This document shows positions 1 to 9,930 of a DNA stretch of 55,579 nt, piece by piece (positions within the stretch are counted from its first letter, which is position 1; each line of letters opens with the position of its first letter). The stretch spans positions 1-55,579 of the IMG/VR virus record IMGVR_UViG_3300043256_000267; one strand, given 5' to 3'. The position numbers and the translations under genes were made by a program. The notes beneath the pieces were generated by a model that was not told the origin of the DNA, made no database searches, and was given only the letters and a program-made list of their open reading frames with translations. Source of the stretch: a virus (lineage: Duplodnaviria; Caudoviricetes).

Positions 1-111
1 CGTCTTATCGTAAACGGTCCCATCCCGCAGTTCTCCAATCCCTCCAAATGGTGGGCCGGGCCGCTTACAAGGCTGCACCCAGCCCACCCGCGGGAGGAAC
101 CTTCAATCAGT
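1..111. repeat. Exact copy of 54876..54986 (circular overlap, flank of an allelic bubble)
   Basis: Base-by-base identity up to the first mismatch at 112/54987. Confidence 0.95.
51..87 (-). terminator. GC-rich hairpin downstream of the HNH gene (also present in the end copy)
   Basis: GTGGGCTGGG...CCCGGCCCAC stem on the minus strand; only a short U tract follows. Confidence 0.4.
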
Positions 112-573
112 TTTCAAGTAGGGCGGTAAGTGAAGTTCGCCGTCCAAATCGCGCCTGGTCAAGTAACAGTGGCAATTTGCGCAAACCACGTCGCACTTCT
201 CTGCCTCTGCAAGCGCCCGAGAGAGACAACTACCTAACGCCATTACTGCTGCCTTCTTCTCTAGCGGATCGCGGTGGTGAAACTCCAAGCAGATTGGGTC
301 GTTCATACCACAATATTTGCAACCGTAATCCGCCTTGAGTTGCCATAGAACCCTTCGGTTCTCCACATACACAGCAGCGCGTTTAGTCCGGTTTACAGGG
401 AGCGCCGCGCGTTGCCGGTTGTCCTTTCTAACCCGTTCCCGTACATCAGAACGAGAGCGGTACTTCTTCATCTTGACGCGGACAGCATCCTTGTGCCGGT
501 AGTACCACTCCCTTGATTGTCGGCGGCGCGCTTCCTTGCGCTCCGCGTCAGTGCGATACTTCTTCAACCCCAT
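103..573 (-). CDS. HNH endonuclease, allele A
   Basis: GCKYCG...LEFHHRDP...EKCDVVCANCH motif; basic N-terminus; ATG 573 with GGAGG-like RBS. Confidence 0.85.
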   Translation of the reverse strand: MGLKKYRTDAERKEARRRQSREWYYRHKDAVRVKMKKYRSRSDVRERVRKDNRQRAALPVNRTKRAAVYVENRRVLWQLKADYGCKYCGMNDPICLEFHHRDPLEKKAAVMALGSCLSRALAEAEKCDVVCANCHCYLTRRDLDGELHLPPYLKTD

Positions 574-613
574 CCTCACCCTCCCGTACAATTCCAGGGT
601 TAGTTAAGCCGCT

Positions 614-2152
614 TTACGTTCCATCAAATCCCGCAATTTCCGCGATGTTGTGCAGAAGCAGGAAGTTTGGCGTTCGTGGCATCATCACGCTCTTGCGCTC
701 GGCCGGGGACTGGAGCAAGTTGCTGAATTTCCCACCGTGATCGTAGCGCGTAAAGATGCTATCAAACGCGCTGGACCCGCTAGACGCAAGGAACTGCATT
801 TCATCACCAATTCGCTGATCCGTTCTCGTACCCGGAATCGGAGGCGGAACAAACCGGTCAATATCAAACACGCCGGCCTGGAACCGCCCCTTCTCCATGT
901 ACGTGCTGGTATGAATGTCGATCTTCCGGCCACCATACCGGTAGTTGAACACGTCCCAACCAGCCTCAACCTCGACTGTACGTCCGTTCCGCTCGTACCG
1001 GAACCGACCCGGGTAAGTTCCCTTGTTGTCGGTAGGCCCTTCAGTACCGCCCTGAACGAGACTATCAATGTTGTCGATGAACCCAAGCAGCACGCCATTC
1101 GTCGTGACAGCCTTCGGCAGGTCACTATCGCGGAAGCTCTCTTTGAAGTAACCAACGTTCCGATTCAAGAGGCTCTCCGTGAGCGGGGCCGCCGACAAGT
1201 CACGCTTGATCGACTTGTACTCGCTGTGGTTGTTGACGTTTATACCGAAGAACGTCGTAATGTCCGTCCCATCGGCCACCCACGCGGCCATCGTACCGGG
1301 CGTAAACCCAACGCTGTCCTTGAGCACAATGATGTCGAGATCGCCACCCGCACCAGCATACGTGATCCCACCACCAAGTACAGTTGTGGTCTGCAACTCG
1401 CCGCCGTCAATTCGTCGCAGCCTGACCACCTGCGCCTCGTAGTCTACGTTGTCCACGTACACGAGGAAGTTGGCATTGCGCTTCACGGTCCCGGCTGCGT
1501 TGAACAGGTCAACCAACTGGCCCTTCTCCAGCCGGTGAATCCGACCAGTCGCCAGGGACGAACTCGCACCGGAAATATCAACGTTGATCGCGCCGGTATC
1601 CGCAGACACATCCGTTACAGTAGCGCTCGTATTCCCAATCGCAACCAGCGCTACAGTCGACGGCGCAGTCGAATAGAACGTACCAAGCTCTTGCTGCAAC
1701 GCGAGCTTGGCTAGCCCTCGCACGTAGAACGGCATAACAGCGCCAATACTGGAGTTTAGCCGATCGGTTTGGAGAATGTCGCGCGGCACGAATAGGTTCA
1801 GCTTGTGCTTTACCAGTTGTACCTCAGACGTGAGAAACGTCGGCGCACTTACCTCATCGAAACCCGGCCAGGTTTCTGGCGTTCCAAACGCAGAAAAACT
1901 CCACGTCGAGTCATTGACCATGTCGCTGCCCAGCGGAGACCCAAAACTTCCACCGCCGGCCAAACCCAGACCCCAAACCTTTTTCACTTTGTAGTCGCGC
2001 CCAATTCCCTCGTTGCGCACGACATGCGTCCACGTGCGCCGTGCCATCGCGTACACCGGGTCCTTGATTACTCCTCTTTCATAGATTTGCGGCAAAAGCT
2101 CCTCACGCAAGGTCTGCGACAAGGTGCTTTCCATAATCGTTGTGGTGGCCAT
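614..2152 (-). CDS. Probable major capsid protein
   Basis: 512 aa; follows terminase-portal-scaffold in order; strong promoter upstream; fold not verified. Confidence 0.7.
   Translation of the reverse strand: MATTTIMESTLSQTLREELLPQIYERGVIKDPVYAMARRTWTHVVRNEGIGRDYKVKKVWGLGLAGGGSFGSPLGSDMVNDSTWSFSAFGTPETWPGFDEVSAPTFLTSEVQLVKHKLNLFVPRDILQTDRLNSSIGAVMPFYVRGLAKLALQQELGTFYSTAPSTVALVAIGNTSATVTDVSADTGAINVDISGASSSLATGRIHRLEKGQLVDLFNAAGTVKRNANFLVYVDNVDYEAQVVRLRRIDGGELQTTTVLGGGITYAGAGGDLDIIVLKDSVGFTPGTMAAWVADGTDITTFFGINVNNHSEYKSIKRDLSAAPLTESLLNRNVGYFKESFRDSDLPKAVTTNGVLLGFIDNIDSLVQGGTEGPTDNKGTYPGRFRYERNGRTVEVEAGWDVFNYRYGGRKIDIHTSTYMEKGRFQAGVFDIDRFVPPPIPGTRTDQRIGDEMQFLASSGSSAFDSIFTRYDHGGKFSNLLQSPAERKSVMMPRTPNFLLLHNIAEIAGFDGT
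648..774. repeat. Exact 127-bp copy of 55453..55579
   Basis: Direct comparison with the window end. Confidence 0.95.
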
Positions 2153-2214
2153 TCTCCTACTCGACCGCAGCTAGCCTGCGAGTCATGGTTCAAACTGTCT
2201 TGTTTCCGTCCAGG

Positions 2215-3150
2215 CTACGCGCCTGGCGTGCTACTCTGTTCCCGCTCCATCAGCGCTTGGTTGTAGCGCATCTTCTCAAGTAGATACTCGTCTTGTTCGT
2301 GCTCAGGCGCAAACCCGGGTACCCGTTCCGGCGCCTTCAACTCGCGGTTCATTTGATGGTCCGTTTGCGATCCCGGTCCCATTCCCGGCCGCGCGGGGCG
2401 CTCAAAAAACGGTGCCAGCCTTGCCTTCTCCGCAGCCACCGCTTGCTTAGCCGCTTGACCCCAGTTGTAGTCAAACCGGTCACCGCGCTCGTCCACAAAC
2501 CGTTGCAGCCGATCCCGAATGATCGACTTCACCGAATCCTGCGCCTTTGGACTCGCCTGCTTCATATTATAGGACAATTCGTCGTCCGAGTCAAGCGCCT
2601 GCCCGATAGCTTGCTCAACCATGTGGCTATGAACAGCCCCGATCGCCTTTTGAGACCCCACATCCAATCGCGCGTACCCTATCGGTTCATCGTCATCAGC
2701 GCGTGCGCCCCGCTTAGGAGACGTAGACGGCTCGTCAAGGTCCACATCGCCGTCATCATCGTCGGTATCTTTCAACTCAGATTCGATTGCAGCGATAAGC
2801 GTATCCAGCTCTCCCGCCGGCAAGTTCTTCACCTGCTCAAACAACACCGACGCATCCACGGTATCTGGAGCCGGTGCCGCGACCGAACGCTCTGGTGGGC
2901 CATTGGTGGGGACCGGTTGCCCGCGATCTTGATCGTCCTGACCTGCCGGCTTGGTCTGCGTGCCGGGTGCAGTCTTGTCAGGCGGCGCAACGGTCCCCGC
3001 GGGAATGTCCACGTCAGCCGCGCGGCCAGTGTTACGCTGAACCGGCGCCGGCGTCAGGTCTGGCGCGCTGCCCTGCGGCTGCGCTGCGGTTTGCGCGTCT
3101 GCGTTCCCCGCGTCGGCTGTTTGCGTTTGTGTGTTGACTTCGGTCGGCAT
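2215..3150 (-). CDS. Probable capsid scaffolding protein
   Basis: Acidic, low-complexity N-terminus and helical C-terminus; directly upstream of the capsid gene. Confidence 0.6.
   Translation of the reverse strand: MPTEVNTQTQTADAGNADAQTAAQPQGSAPDLTPAPVQRNTGRAADVDIPAGTVAPPDKTAPGTQTKPAGQDDQDRGQPVPTNGPPERSVAAPAPDTVDASVLFEQVKNLPAGELDTLIAAIESELKDTDDDDGDVDLDEPSTSPKRGARADDDEPIGYARLDVGSQKAIGAVHSHMVEQAIGQALDSDDELSYNMKQASPKAQDSVKSIIRDRLQRFVDERGDRFDYNWGQAAKQAVAAEKARLAPFFERPARPGMGPGSQTDHQMNRELKAPERVPGFAPEHEQDEYLLEKMRYNQALMEREQSSTPGA
2566..2594 (-). promoter_or_regulatory. Sigma70-type promoter inside the scaffold gene, pointing at the capsid gene
   Basis: TTGACT-17-TATAAT. Confidence 0.7.
2900..2919. 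repeat. 20-bp dispersed motif, copy 1 (CCATTGGTGGGGACCGGTTG on +)
   Basis: Exact; translated as QPVPTNG in the scaffold. Confidence 0.95.
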
Positions 3151-3153
3151 CTG

Positions 3154-3846
3154 CTAATTCCCTCCCTCAATTTTGATCTTTTCCACATTCACAATCGGCT
3201 GGACATTCTGTGACAGCGCAAGAAGCGCTGTGTCCACCGGCACACCCAACTCGCTTGCGGCGAATTTTGCCGCGCTAACTATGCCTGCACATGACGCCTT
3301 CATGGCACATGACATTCGGCTATGCGGGTCCTCGTGTTCAATCCTTTGAAACCTCGCGCAGCGAATGCTCACGCCGCACCCTTCCAAGTCATCCACTACT
3401 GTGTTGCGCAGCTCCTCTTCCATAGTTTGACTTTGTTCAGCGATGGTCTGGAATTCGTTGTCGGATAGTATCCGCCGCACACATGCTTCTACAACTGCTG
3501 CCACATGGACAGCGGGGTCCTCGGATGACGCAAGAAATGTTCCCAAGTCCGCAATATCGTAGATGACAATGGCATCTGCGCTTAACGCTACACCGTCCCA
3601 CGTCAGTCCAGTAACTCGCTCAGTCGATACGACATTCCTGAGTGCATGTTCCTTAACAATCGTTTGGCAAGATGTACAAATTCTCCACCCGATTCCTAAC
3701 CCTGGTCCGGGCTGTCCGAATGTGTACCTGACGGCGACTTCCCCTGGTCTTACGACGGCCCACTTCAACGGGAACAGCCAAACCACTGGGGTGACCAGCG
3801 CGTTCATTACCAATTCTAGACATCGCGCAAGGAACTCAAGCATCAA
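3154..3846 (-). CDS. SPFH/band-7 domain protein
   Basis: N-terminal hydrophobic segment, VVRPGEVAVRYTFG, and the typical D-G-V...Y-I-D...GV-I pattern. Confidence 0.75.
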   Translation of the reverse strand: MMLEFLARCLELVMNALVTPVVWLFPLKWAVVRPGEVAVRYTFGQPGPGLGIGWRICTSCQTIVKEHALRNVVSTERVTGLTWDGVALSADAIVIYDIADLGTFLASSEDPAVHVAAVVEACVRRILSDNEFQTIAEQSQTMEEELRNTVVDDLEGCGVSIRCARFQRIEHEDPHSRMSCAMKASCAGIVSAAKFAASELGVPVDTALLALSQNVQPIVNVEKIKIEGGN

Positions 3847-6017
3847 ACGAAGCCCCCTACTGGAACTTGCACGCCACCTGGCGGCTGGGCCGGAGGTGCC
3901 ACAGCGCTGGCGGCAAGCGATTGGCCCTGTCGCTGTTGCTCAGCCGCAAGCCGCTGCTCGATTTCCGGTAACGCTTCCGTGGCCGCGTCTTCTGGTAGCG
4001 GCAACCCGGCGGGGTACACTCCAGTCATCCGTTCAAGAGCCTCTTTCCACAGTACAAATTCCTGCTGCACCTCTTCGGATGCCAGGCCAAACTCGATCTT
4101 GGACATGAACCGCTTCAACGCGCGCAGGTGCATTTTCGGGTCCTGCACGTGCTCGTCAAACTCAACCGGTCCAGGTTCCTTACCATCATTGAACAGCAAG
4201 ATGATCTGCCAAATGGCCTTGCGCCAAGTTTCGTATAGGTCTTTTGGCCCGCCTGGTACGTCTAGGTTTTCCTCAAACACCGCGAGCCAGTAGTTGATGT
4301 AGGACTCTTCCGGTGTCGCGCCAAGCAAGCCCGCTGCGTGGTGCTCAGCCAGTTCGCGCTTGCGAACGTCGGGATCGGCGGGTACGCGGTCCTTTACATC
4401 TACCTTGACTTCCCACGGCTGCGGTATCGGATTCTGCGCCAGTTCGAGCGATCCGGTTTCCGGGTTGAACACGACACCGGCCAGGTTCTCGTCAATAGTC
4501 GCTAGCTTGATCGTTTCGCCGCCTTGCAAGTTTTCACGTGCCGCCTGTAGTATGCGGGAGTAAATTGCGGCCATGCTGTCCGCCAAGTTTGCAGACGGCA
4601 GTCCCAGTCCAATGTTCCCCGTGTTAAACAGGAACCCGTGACCCGCAGCTCCGATGTCCCGCCCCGCCGCTTGACCGTCATAGAATGGCCCCTGCCCCGC
4701 CAGGCTGTCGGATATGTCCTTCAAGAACACACCAAAGTTGACAGGCAGTAGCCCAATGTTCTTCGGCGCGAGGTTGACTGGCTGTGCATTGGCCGCCAGC
4801 GGATCAATTGTGTACTTGTCCATGCGCGGACGCGGGCCGGGCTGGTTGTGCTTTTTCACGTCGATGTTCATGCCGCTACTAACGTATGTAGTACCAAACA
4901 TGTCCATTTCGCGAATGTTACGAGCTACCGACGCAATGACCTTCTCGAATTGGTCGTTGGCTGGAATGAGCGGCGCCACAAATCCACGCGAGAAGGCCGC
5001 TCCAGTATCCGTGTACCGTATCGCCTGCAACGGGCACACGATCCTGCGGCCGACTGACTCGTAGTCGTCCTGGTAGATGATCTTGCGACCAATCTTCAAG
5101 ATGTACCTCGCGGTGTACATCGCGTCGTCCATGTACGGATAGATTTCCTCCATCGGCACGTAGTAGCGGCCTGCCACGTCAATGTCGCGATGCTCATCAG
5201 CCTTGCCGCTACCCAGTGGCACTCCCACGTATGCGCGCCCACCACCGATCCTCGGATCGGCCGGCGTCAGTACGTTGCCGTCTTGCAAGTACCGGCCATA
5301 CGCACCGCTCGTTGTCTCGGTAAGCAGCGAGTGTCCCGGTGGCTGATTTCCCCACCCAACACGCATCCCCAGCAAGTCGGACTCGACATCGTACAACGTG
5401 TCCAAGTTGATGTCCCACCGGGTTTGCACGTAGTTGCGTACCCACTCGTAGGGCATCCACCGCTTCCGCGCGATACCCTGTATGGACTCACAACCCTCCG
5501 CAAACGCCGGTAGAAACCGAAGTTGCCTCGGCGGCACAACCTCAATGTGATCGGGGTGCATCGGGTCCGGCATTTCGTGGTGCGCAACGCCGACGATTCC
5601 ATACTTCACGAACGGCACTATGATCGCTGTCTTGAGCCGATCGAGGTTGAGCCCGGCTACGCGCGCGTTTAGAACCGCGTTTGCGATTGCGGCGTTACGC
5701 ATATCACCAAGCGATTCGCCGCGCCGTCCTACCTTCGGCGATATGTCCGCGCGCAGCCACCGCCCCACTTCCACGAGGTAGCGGCGCACAATGTCTTCGT
5801 AGCGAAAAAGCACGTCCCCGCGCAAGTGCTCAAAGCCAATTGCCACACGGCCAGAACTCCGGTCAAGCGTCGTAAATTTCCTCGCGCCTCTAAGGTAGCC
5901 ATCGAGGATTCGCCAACCACCCAGATTGAGCCCCATTTCAGATTCGGCCGCGGTCAACTCCATGTCCAGGGATTCGGCCAGATGATCTTCGTCTTCGGGT
6001 AAATGGTACCTAGACAT
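3843..6017 (-). CDS. Probable portal protein
   Basis: 724 aa; downstream of terminase; P/Q-rich C-terminal tail typical of P22-like portals. Confidence 0.75.
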   Translation of the reverse strand: MSRYHLPEDEDHLAESLDMELTAAESEMGLNLGGWRILDGYLRGARKFTTLDRSSGRVAIGFEHLRGDVLFRYEDIVRRYLVEVGRWLRADISPKVGRRGESLGDMRNAAIANAVLNARVAGLNLDRLKTAIIVPFVKYGIVGVAHHEMPDPMHPDHIEVVPPRQLRFLPAFAEGCESIQGIARKRWMPYEWVRNYVQTRWDINLDTLYDVESDLLGMRVGWGNQPPGHSLLTETTSGAYGRYLQDGNVLTPADPRIGGGRAYVGVPLGSGKADEHRDIDVAGRYYVPMEEIYPYMDDAMYTARYILKIGRKIIYQDDYESVGRRIVCPLQAIRYTDTGAAFSRGFVAPLIPANDQFEKVIASVARNIREMDMFGTTYVSSGMNIDVKKHNQPGPRPRMDKYTIDPLAANAQPVNLAPKNIGLLPVNFGVFLKDISDSLAGQGPFYDGQAAGRDIGAAGHGFLFNTGNIGLGLPSANLADSMAAIYSRILQAARENLQGGETIKLATIDENLAGVVFNPETGSLELAQNPIPQPWEVKVDVKDRVPADPDVRKRELAEHHAAGLLGATPEESYINYWLAVFEENLDVPGGPKDLYETWRKAIWQIILLFNDGKEPGPVEFDEHVQDPKMHLRALKRFMSKIEFGLASEEVQQEFVLWKEALERMTGVYPAGLPLPEDAATEALPEIEQRLAAEQQRQGQSLAASAVAPPAQPPGGVQVPVGGFV

Positions 6018-6019
6018 AG

Positions 6020-6382
6020 CTACAGATTCTCGTAAGTAGACTCGCCGGGCTCAGTCCAAGCTGTATTCGGCGGCTCTTCCGACGCACGCAACTCCCGCTG
6101 CCGCGCATACGTACCGAATGCCTGAGCCAGATCGGCGTTACCCATTTGAACGAGCAGAAGCTCCTGCATCCGATCGACGATAGGTAGCCAGTCCTGCACG
6201 GCGCTGCCAGCGTGAGGTGGGCCATTGGTGGGGACCGGTTGATTCTTATGCGCTTGCAACTCAGCCACCTCGCGGCGAAGCAATGCAACGTCTTCGCGCA
6301 AGAATGAGATGAACTGCGTCAACCGGTTCACCGCCGAATCCACGTGCTTCTTGTCGTCCCGCTTGCGATTCCAAAATGCCAT
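6020..6382 (-). CDS. Hypothetical protein (coiled coil)
   Basis: GGAGG RBS; abuts the portal start. Confidence 0.7.
   Translation of the reverse strand: MAFWNRKRDDKKHVDSAVNRLTQFISFLREDVALLRREVAELQAHKNQPVPTNGPPHAGSAVQDWLPIVDRMQELLLVQMGNADLAQAFGTYARQRELRASEEPPNTAWTEPGESTYENL
6222..6241. repeat. 20-bp motif, copy 2
   Basis: Exact; identity with copy 1 extends to 26 bp (6216..6241 vs 2894..2919). Confidence 0.95.
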
Positions 6383-6428
6383 GTTGGTCCTCCCCCCGCG
6401 CTGAGGCGGGTAATTTGGTTCCCGCTTG

Positions 6429-6457
6429 ATTATAGGCCGTCGCCGCCGATAAGTCCA
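6429..6457 (-). promoter_or_regulatory. Sigma70-type promoter
   Basis: TGGACT-17-TATAAT, with CGGCC before the -10; overlaps the HNH stop codon. Confidence 0.6.
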
Positions 6458-6939
6458 CCCTCTCGACGGTGTGTCTCATGCGGACACTCTCCCCACCAGG
6501 ATTTAGCGCAATTGCAATTCATACAGAGTACCTGGAATCGGTCCTTGGGGAATCCATTGTCCCGCAACCACCGGTAGAATGCTGGGCCAGATAAAAAACC
6601 GTGTTCCTTGCGCTGTTTGGCACCGTCGTTGTAGACGTGGTCTATAGTTAAGAACTCGAATTTATCTTCTCCGCAACACGCACACCGACCGCCGTAAGAT
6701 TCAATAGTACGCCTACGCAACAGGTTCCGTTGCTTTTTGGAGTTCCGCCTGTTCCGATCGAGGCATTCCTTTGTGTACTCACGCATGTACTCAGTGTGGC
6801 ACACAAGACATCGTCGCTGCCGGCGTTTCAGACTAGACAGCGAAGTATTCTCCACTGTCAACTCGACACCGCAGCATGCGCATGCCTTATTCGAGAGCCG
6901 TCTTAGCTTACGCCGATGTTCAAAGGTACCCAATGACAT
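6430..6939 (-). CDS. HNH endonuclease
   Basis: YGGRCACCGE...FLTIDHV...VLCMNCN; ATG 6939 overlaps the terminase end. Confidence 0.8.
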   Translation of the reverse strand: MSLGTFEHRRKLRRLSNKACACCGVELTVENTSLSSLKRRQRRCLVCHTEYMREYTKECLDRNRRNSKKQRNLLRRRTIESYGGRCACCGEDKFEFLTIDHVYNDGAKQRKEHGFLSGPAFYRWLRDNGFPKDRFQVLCMNCNCAKSWWGECPHETHRREGGLIGGDGL

Positions 6940-8830
6940 CCCAATCCACGACGCCCACGTCGTCGCGCTGGGCCTGCTCTTCCTGCGCGCGGTAGTGGGC
7001 CTCCGCAACCTCGTCCGTCAGGCGCCCGGTTGCGATCGCGTGCTCGAAGTTGTCGAAGCCGAGGTCGTCGTGGAGCTTGCCCTCTTTGAGCTGGGCCACA
7101 GCATCAAGGGGATCGGATGCTACCGAAATCGCGATGGGCGCGGCGCCCTTGGCAATGCCCTGAGACATGGCAAGCGTGTCGAGAATGTCATCGTGCTCCA
7201 GCAGGCCCATATCGCTCGTGAACAACTTGACTTGATCCCAGAGCGCCTTGTACGCAACTTCGTCCATGCGATCCACTGGCAGCTTGACGCGGAACTGCTC
7301 GAAGCGCCACGCGATGCCCTTAATCTTCTCCGCTTTGGAGAATGTAGTGGGAAACTTGATGGGGATAATCGCGGGAACCATTTGAGACTCACCATCGGAC
7401 ACGCGCGCCTGCAACTGCGGGAGGATGTCTTGGTAGAAGCGGTCGTAAGTTTCCATCTGCAACCCGTATGCTTCGATGCCAATGACATGCACGTGCCACT
7501 TGAGAGCCATGTCAATCAGGATTTTGACGAGCGTTGAGCGCTCAACTTTGCCCATCCAAGCATCCAGGGAGAATAGCGTGTTGGGATGCGCTTCGGTGGA
7601 CTCCAAGCCGAGCGCCTGGCACGCGGAAAAGTCAGACATGTCGCTGATAGTGGGCGCGTAATCCGCGAGAAGCATACGGTACATGCCCTGAACTGTGGGT
7701 CCGAAGGGGCGCACGAGCTTGCGGGGAACGGGAACGATGCGCAGTGTTTCTGGGTCGTCCGCGTCCCGCACTTGATCCAAACGCGCAACCTGGTGCGTAA
7801 CCAGCTTGGTGGCGGCGGATTGCAACGGCGAAGTTACGTAGACCTGATCGCGATCCTCCAGGTGGTAGGTCGTGAGTTCTGGGTGAATCTTGAGGAGGGC
7901 TTCCTCGTCTGTGGCCGGCTCGTTGAGACACTGCGCAGAGAATGCGGCCAGGCCAAGCTGCTTCTTTTCGGCCTCGATCCACTCCTCGTTCATAAACACG
8001 TCCGTAGACATATCGTAGACGGTCATCAACGTGCGGTGGAAGAAATCCACGACCTTCGGGTCTTTGGACTTGTACAGGTTGTAAATGTACATCGCGCGCG
8101 AGTAGAGCGTGCCAACGATGCGCATGGGAATGGTCTTGCCCGGCGAACGCGCCATGGGGAGAAGGCCGTTGAAGAAGAAATCGTGGAAGCCCTGGCGCAC
8201 GTCACCCGGATTGAGCACCTGCTCTTTGGACTTCTCTACGTCGTCCACAACGATCAGGCCGGACGGACGCGTGCCTAAGCTGGCACCCATGAAGGGCTTG
8301 GCTTCGATCTTGCAGCGCGACGTGGTTTCGAGGACGGACCCGCGGTTCCAGGTGCCGCTACCGCGCTTGGGTTTTTGTTTACCGAAGTCATCAATGATTC
8401 GCGCGTTGCTTTCCAGTTGTGTAGCGAGACGACCCAAGCGGGATGTGCAGAACTCGCGCGTGGCGTAGAACGCAGTGCATTCCCAAAACCGGCGCGTAAC
8501 GAGGTTCCGTAGAATGTCTTCGAGCAGCTTGGTGGTTTTGCAGCCGCCGCGCGGCGCGATGTGGATCAAGCGCTTGTGCGTGTACCAGTCGCGTACCCAC
8601 TCGGCGTGGGCTGGTGGAGACTCCACAAACGTGTCGGAGTACCAACCAGATTCCCACGGGCGTAAGTACGTGTCGCAGAAGAACCGATCCGCAGCAACTT
8701 CCAGCTCCGGTGGGCCGTTGAGGGACGCGGCGTTGACCCTGGCCAGCCGCTTCCCGTCAAACGTCAAGTCGTCGTAATCAGGAGGAAGCGGCCAGCGGAG
8801 GTTTTCTTCTTTTGGGAAAACAACTGGCAC
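6920..8830 (-). CDS. terL: Terminase large subunit
   Basis: Walker A APRGGCKTT, Walker B LIVVDDVE, C-terminal nuclease HDDILD. Confidence 0.9.
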   Translation of the reverse strand: MPVVFPKEENLRWPLPPDYDDLTFDGKRLARVNAASLNGPPELEVAADRFFCDTYLRPWESGWYSDTFVESPPAHAEWVRDWYTHKRLIHIAPRGGCKTTKLLEDILRNLVTRRFWECTAFYATREFCTSRLGRLATQLESNARIIDDFGKQKPKRGSGTWNRGSVLETTSRCKIEAKPFMGASLGTRPSGLIVVDDVEKSKEQVLNPGDVRQGFHDFFFNGLLPMARSPGKTIPMRIVGTLYSRAMYIYNLYKSKDPKVVDFFHRTLMTVYDMSTDVFMNEEWIEAEKKQLGLAAFSAQCLNEPATDEEALLKIHPELTTYHLEDRDQVYVTSPLQSAATKLVTHQVARLDQVRDADDPETLRIVPVPRKLVRPFGPTVQGMYRMLLADYAPTISDMSDFSACQALGLESTEAHPNTLFSLDAWMGKVERSTLVKILIDMALKWHVHVIGIEAYGLQMETYDRFYQDILPQLQARVSDGESQMVPAIIPIKFPTTFSKAEKIKGIAWRFEQFRVKLPVDRMDEVAYKALWDQVKLFTSDMGLLEHDDILDTLAMSQGIAKGAAPIAISVASDPLDAVAQLKEGKLHDDLGFDNFEHAIATGRLTDEVAEAHYRAQEEQAQRDDVGVVDWDVIGYL

Positions 8831-8831
8831 G

Positions 8832-9839
8832 TTAGCGGCCCGCGGCGGCGAGCTGGTAAACTGTCAAAAATCCAGCAACCATGCCGCAGACGCGTGCAAT
8901 CTGCTCGTTGCCGATGCAGTTGCCACTGCGAGAGCCGCGAAGGAACTTGGACATCTGGTAAACGAATTTGGGGTGCGCGACCATCGAGTTGAACACCTCG
9001 TCGAACGCTTCCCGGCGCTCGAGGGGCCATTCATTGTATTGGGCCGTGCGGCTCAACTGAGCCCAGTATTGGCGGAACAGCTTTTGCGGGGTGCGCTTCA
9101 GGATCATCTGCTGCAACTCTTGCAGGCCCTTGTCCAACTTGGGATTGTCTTCGACTTGTGTAGTCACATGCGGCGGGGGCTCGTCGAAAGATTCTCTCGG
9201 CTCCGGCTCAACATCAAGTTCGTCTAAATCGTCTTGAAGCTCCTCGTCAAGGCGCTGGGCGACGGCTTGATAATCTCCGGGGTCTGACATTGGCGAATGA
9301 GGTTGCTCGTGGCGTTCGTCGCGCTCGGCGAGGGCTCGGACGATCATGTCCACGCCCCGCTCCAAGCGGGACATGCGCTGTTCCAGCATGGCGTCAGTTG
9401 AAATCGGAATCGGGGGAGTCGGGGCCGCAGTCGTCGAGGGAACCGGACAGGGTTGTCCAATCAGCTTCTCCGGCTGGGTGCCGACTGGGTTTGGCTGGCT
9501 TTTTGTGCCCCTTGGACGGTACGGCTTGTTCTTGCGCGGTGGCTTCGGTGTTGGCGCTACAGACGCCTGGTCCGGGCGTGAGACACTTCTCTTTGGGGGC
9601 TCCTGATTCTGATCGGTGCTCGCGTCCGCTTGGGCATCGATCTCCCTCTGGCGCGCCGACCGGGCCTGGAACTCCTCTTTCGACAGTTGGAGGTGTTTGT
9701 TGGTCTGCTGGCCGATCTTGACCTGGATTGGCTGGTCCGAACCTACAGGGGTGGCCAAGGTTTCGGCAGTTCCAGGAAATTGGCCTCCCGGACCCGCCAA
9801 CTGGTTCTCCAAGTCCGGTGGAATCTGTGAGTCTGTCAT
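8832..9839 (-). CDS. Hypothetical protein upstream of terL
   Basis: 335 aa; GGAGG RBS; abuts terL; small-terminase role possible but unsupported. Confidence 0.7.
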   Translation of the reverse strand: MTDSQIPPDLENQLAGPGGQFPGTAETLATPVGSDQPIQVKIGQQTNKHLQLSKEEFQARSARQREIDAQADASTDQNQEPPKRSVSRPDQASVAPTPKPPRKNKPYRPRGTKSQPNPVGTQPEKLIGQPCPVPSTTAAPTPPIPISTDAMLEQRMSRLERGVDMIVRALAERDERHEQPHSPMSDPGDYQAVAQRLDEELQDDLDELDVEPEPRESFDEPPPHVTTQVEDNPKLDKGLQELQQMILKRTPQKLFRQYWAQLSRTAQYNEWPLERREAFDEVFNSMVAHPKFVYQMSKFLRGSRSGNCIGNEQIARVCGMVAGFLTVYQLAAAGR

Positions 9840-9930
9840 TGTTTTCCTCCCCTAATTTGTGCTGTGGTTCTGCCTCGACCAACTCGGCCAAGGCTCCGTG
9901 ATACCGTTCAAGCAACTCGGTTGTGGTCAC

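Noticed and set aside
103-573. Diversity-generating retroelement explaining the two HNH variants
   Set aside because: No reverse transcriptase, and the differences are not adenine-specific and include a length change
1-774. True direct terminal repeats
   Set aside because: The two ends differ internally and break within genes, so an assembly bubble on a circle explains them better
650-1714. Long antisense ORFs (650..1714, 2293..3213, 12369..13175, 30556..31386 and others)
   Set aside because: Shadow frames of GC-rich genes on the other strand, without RBS or motifs
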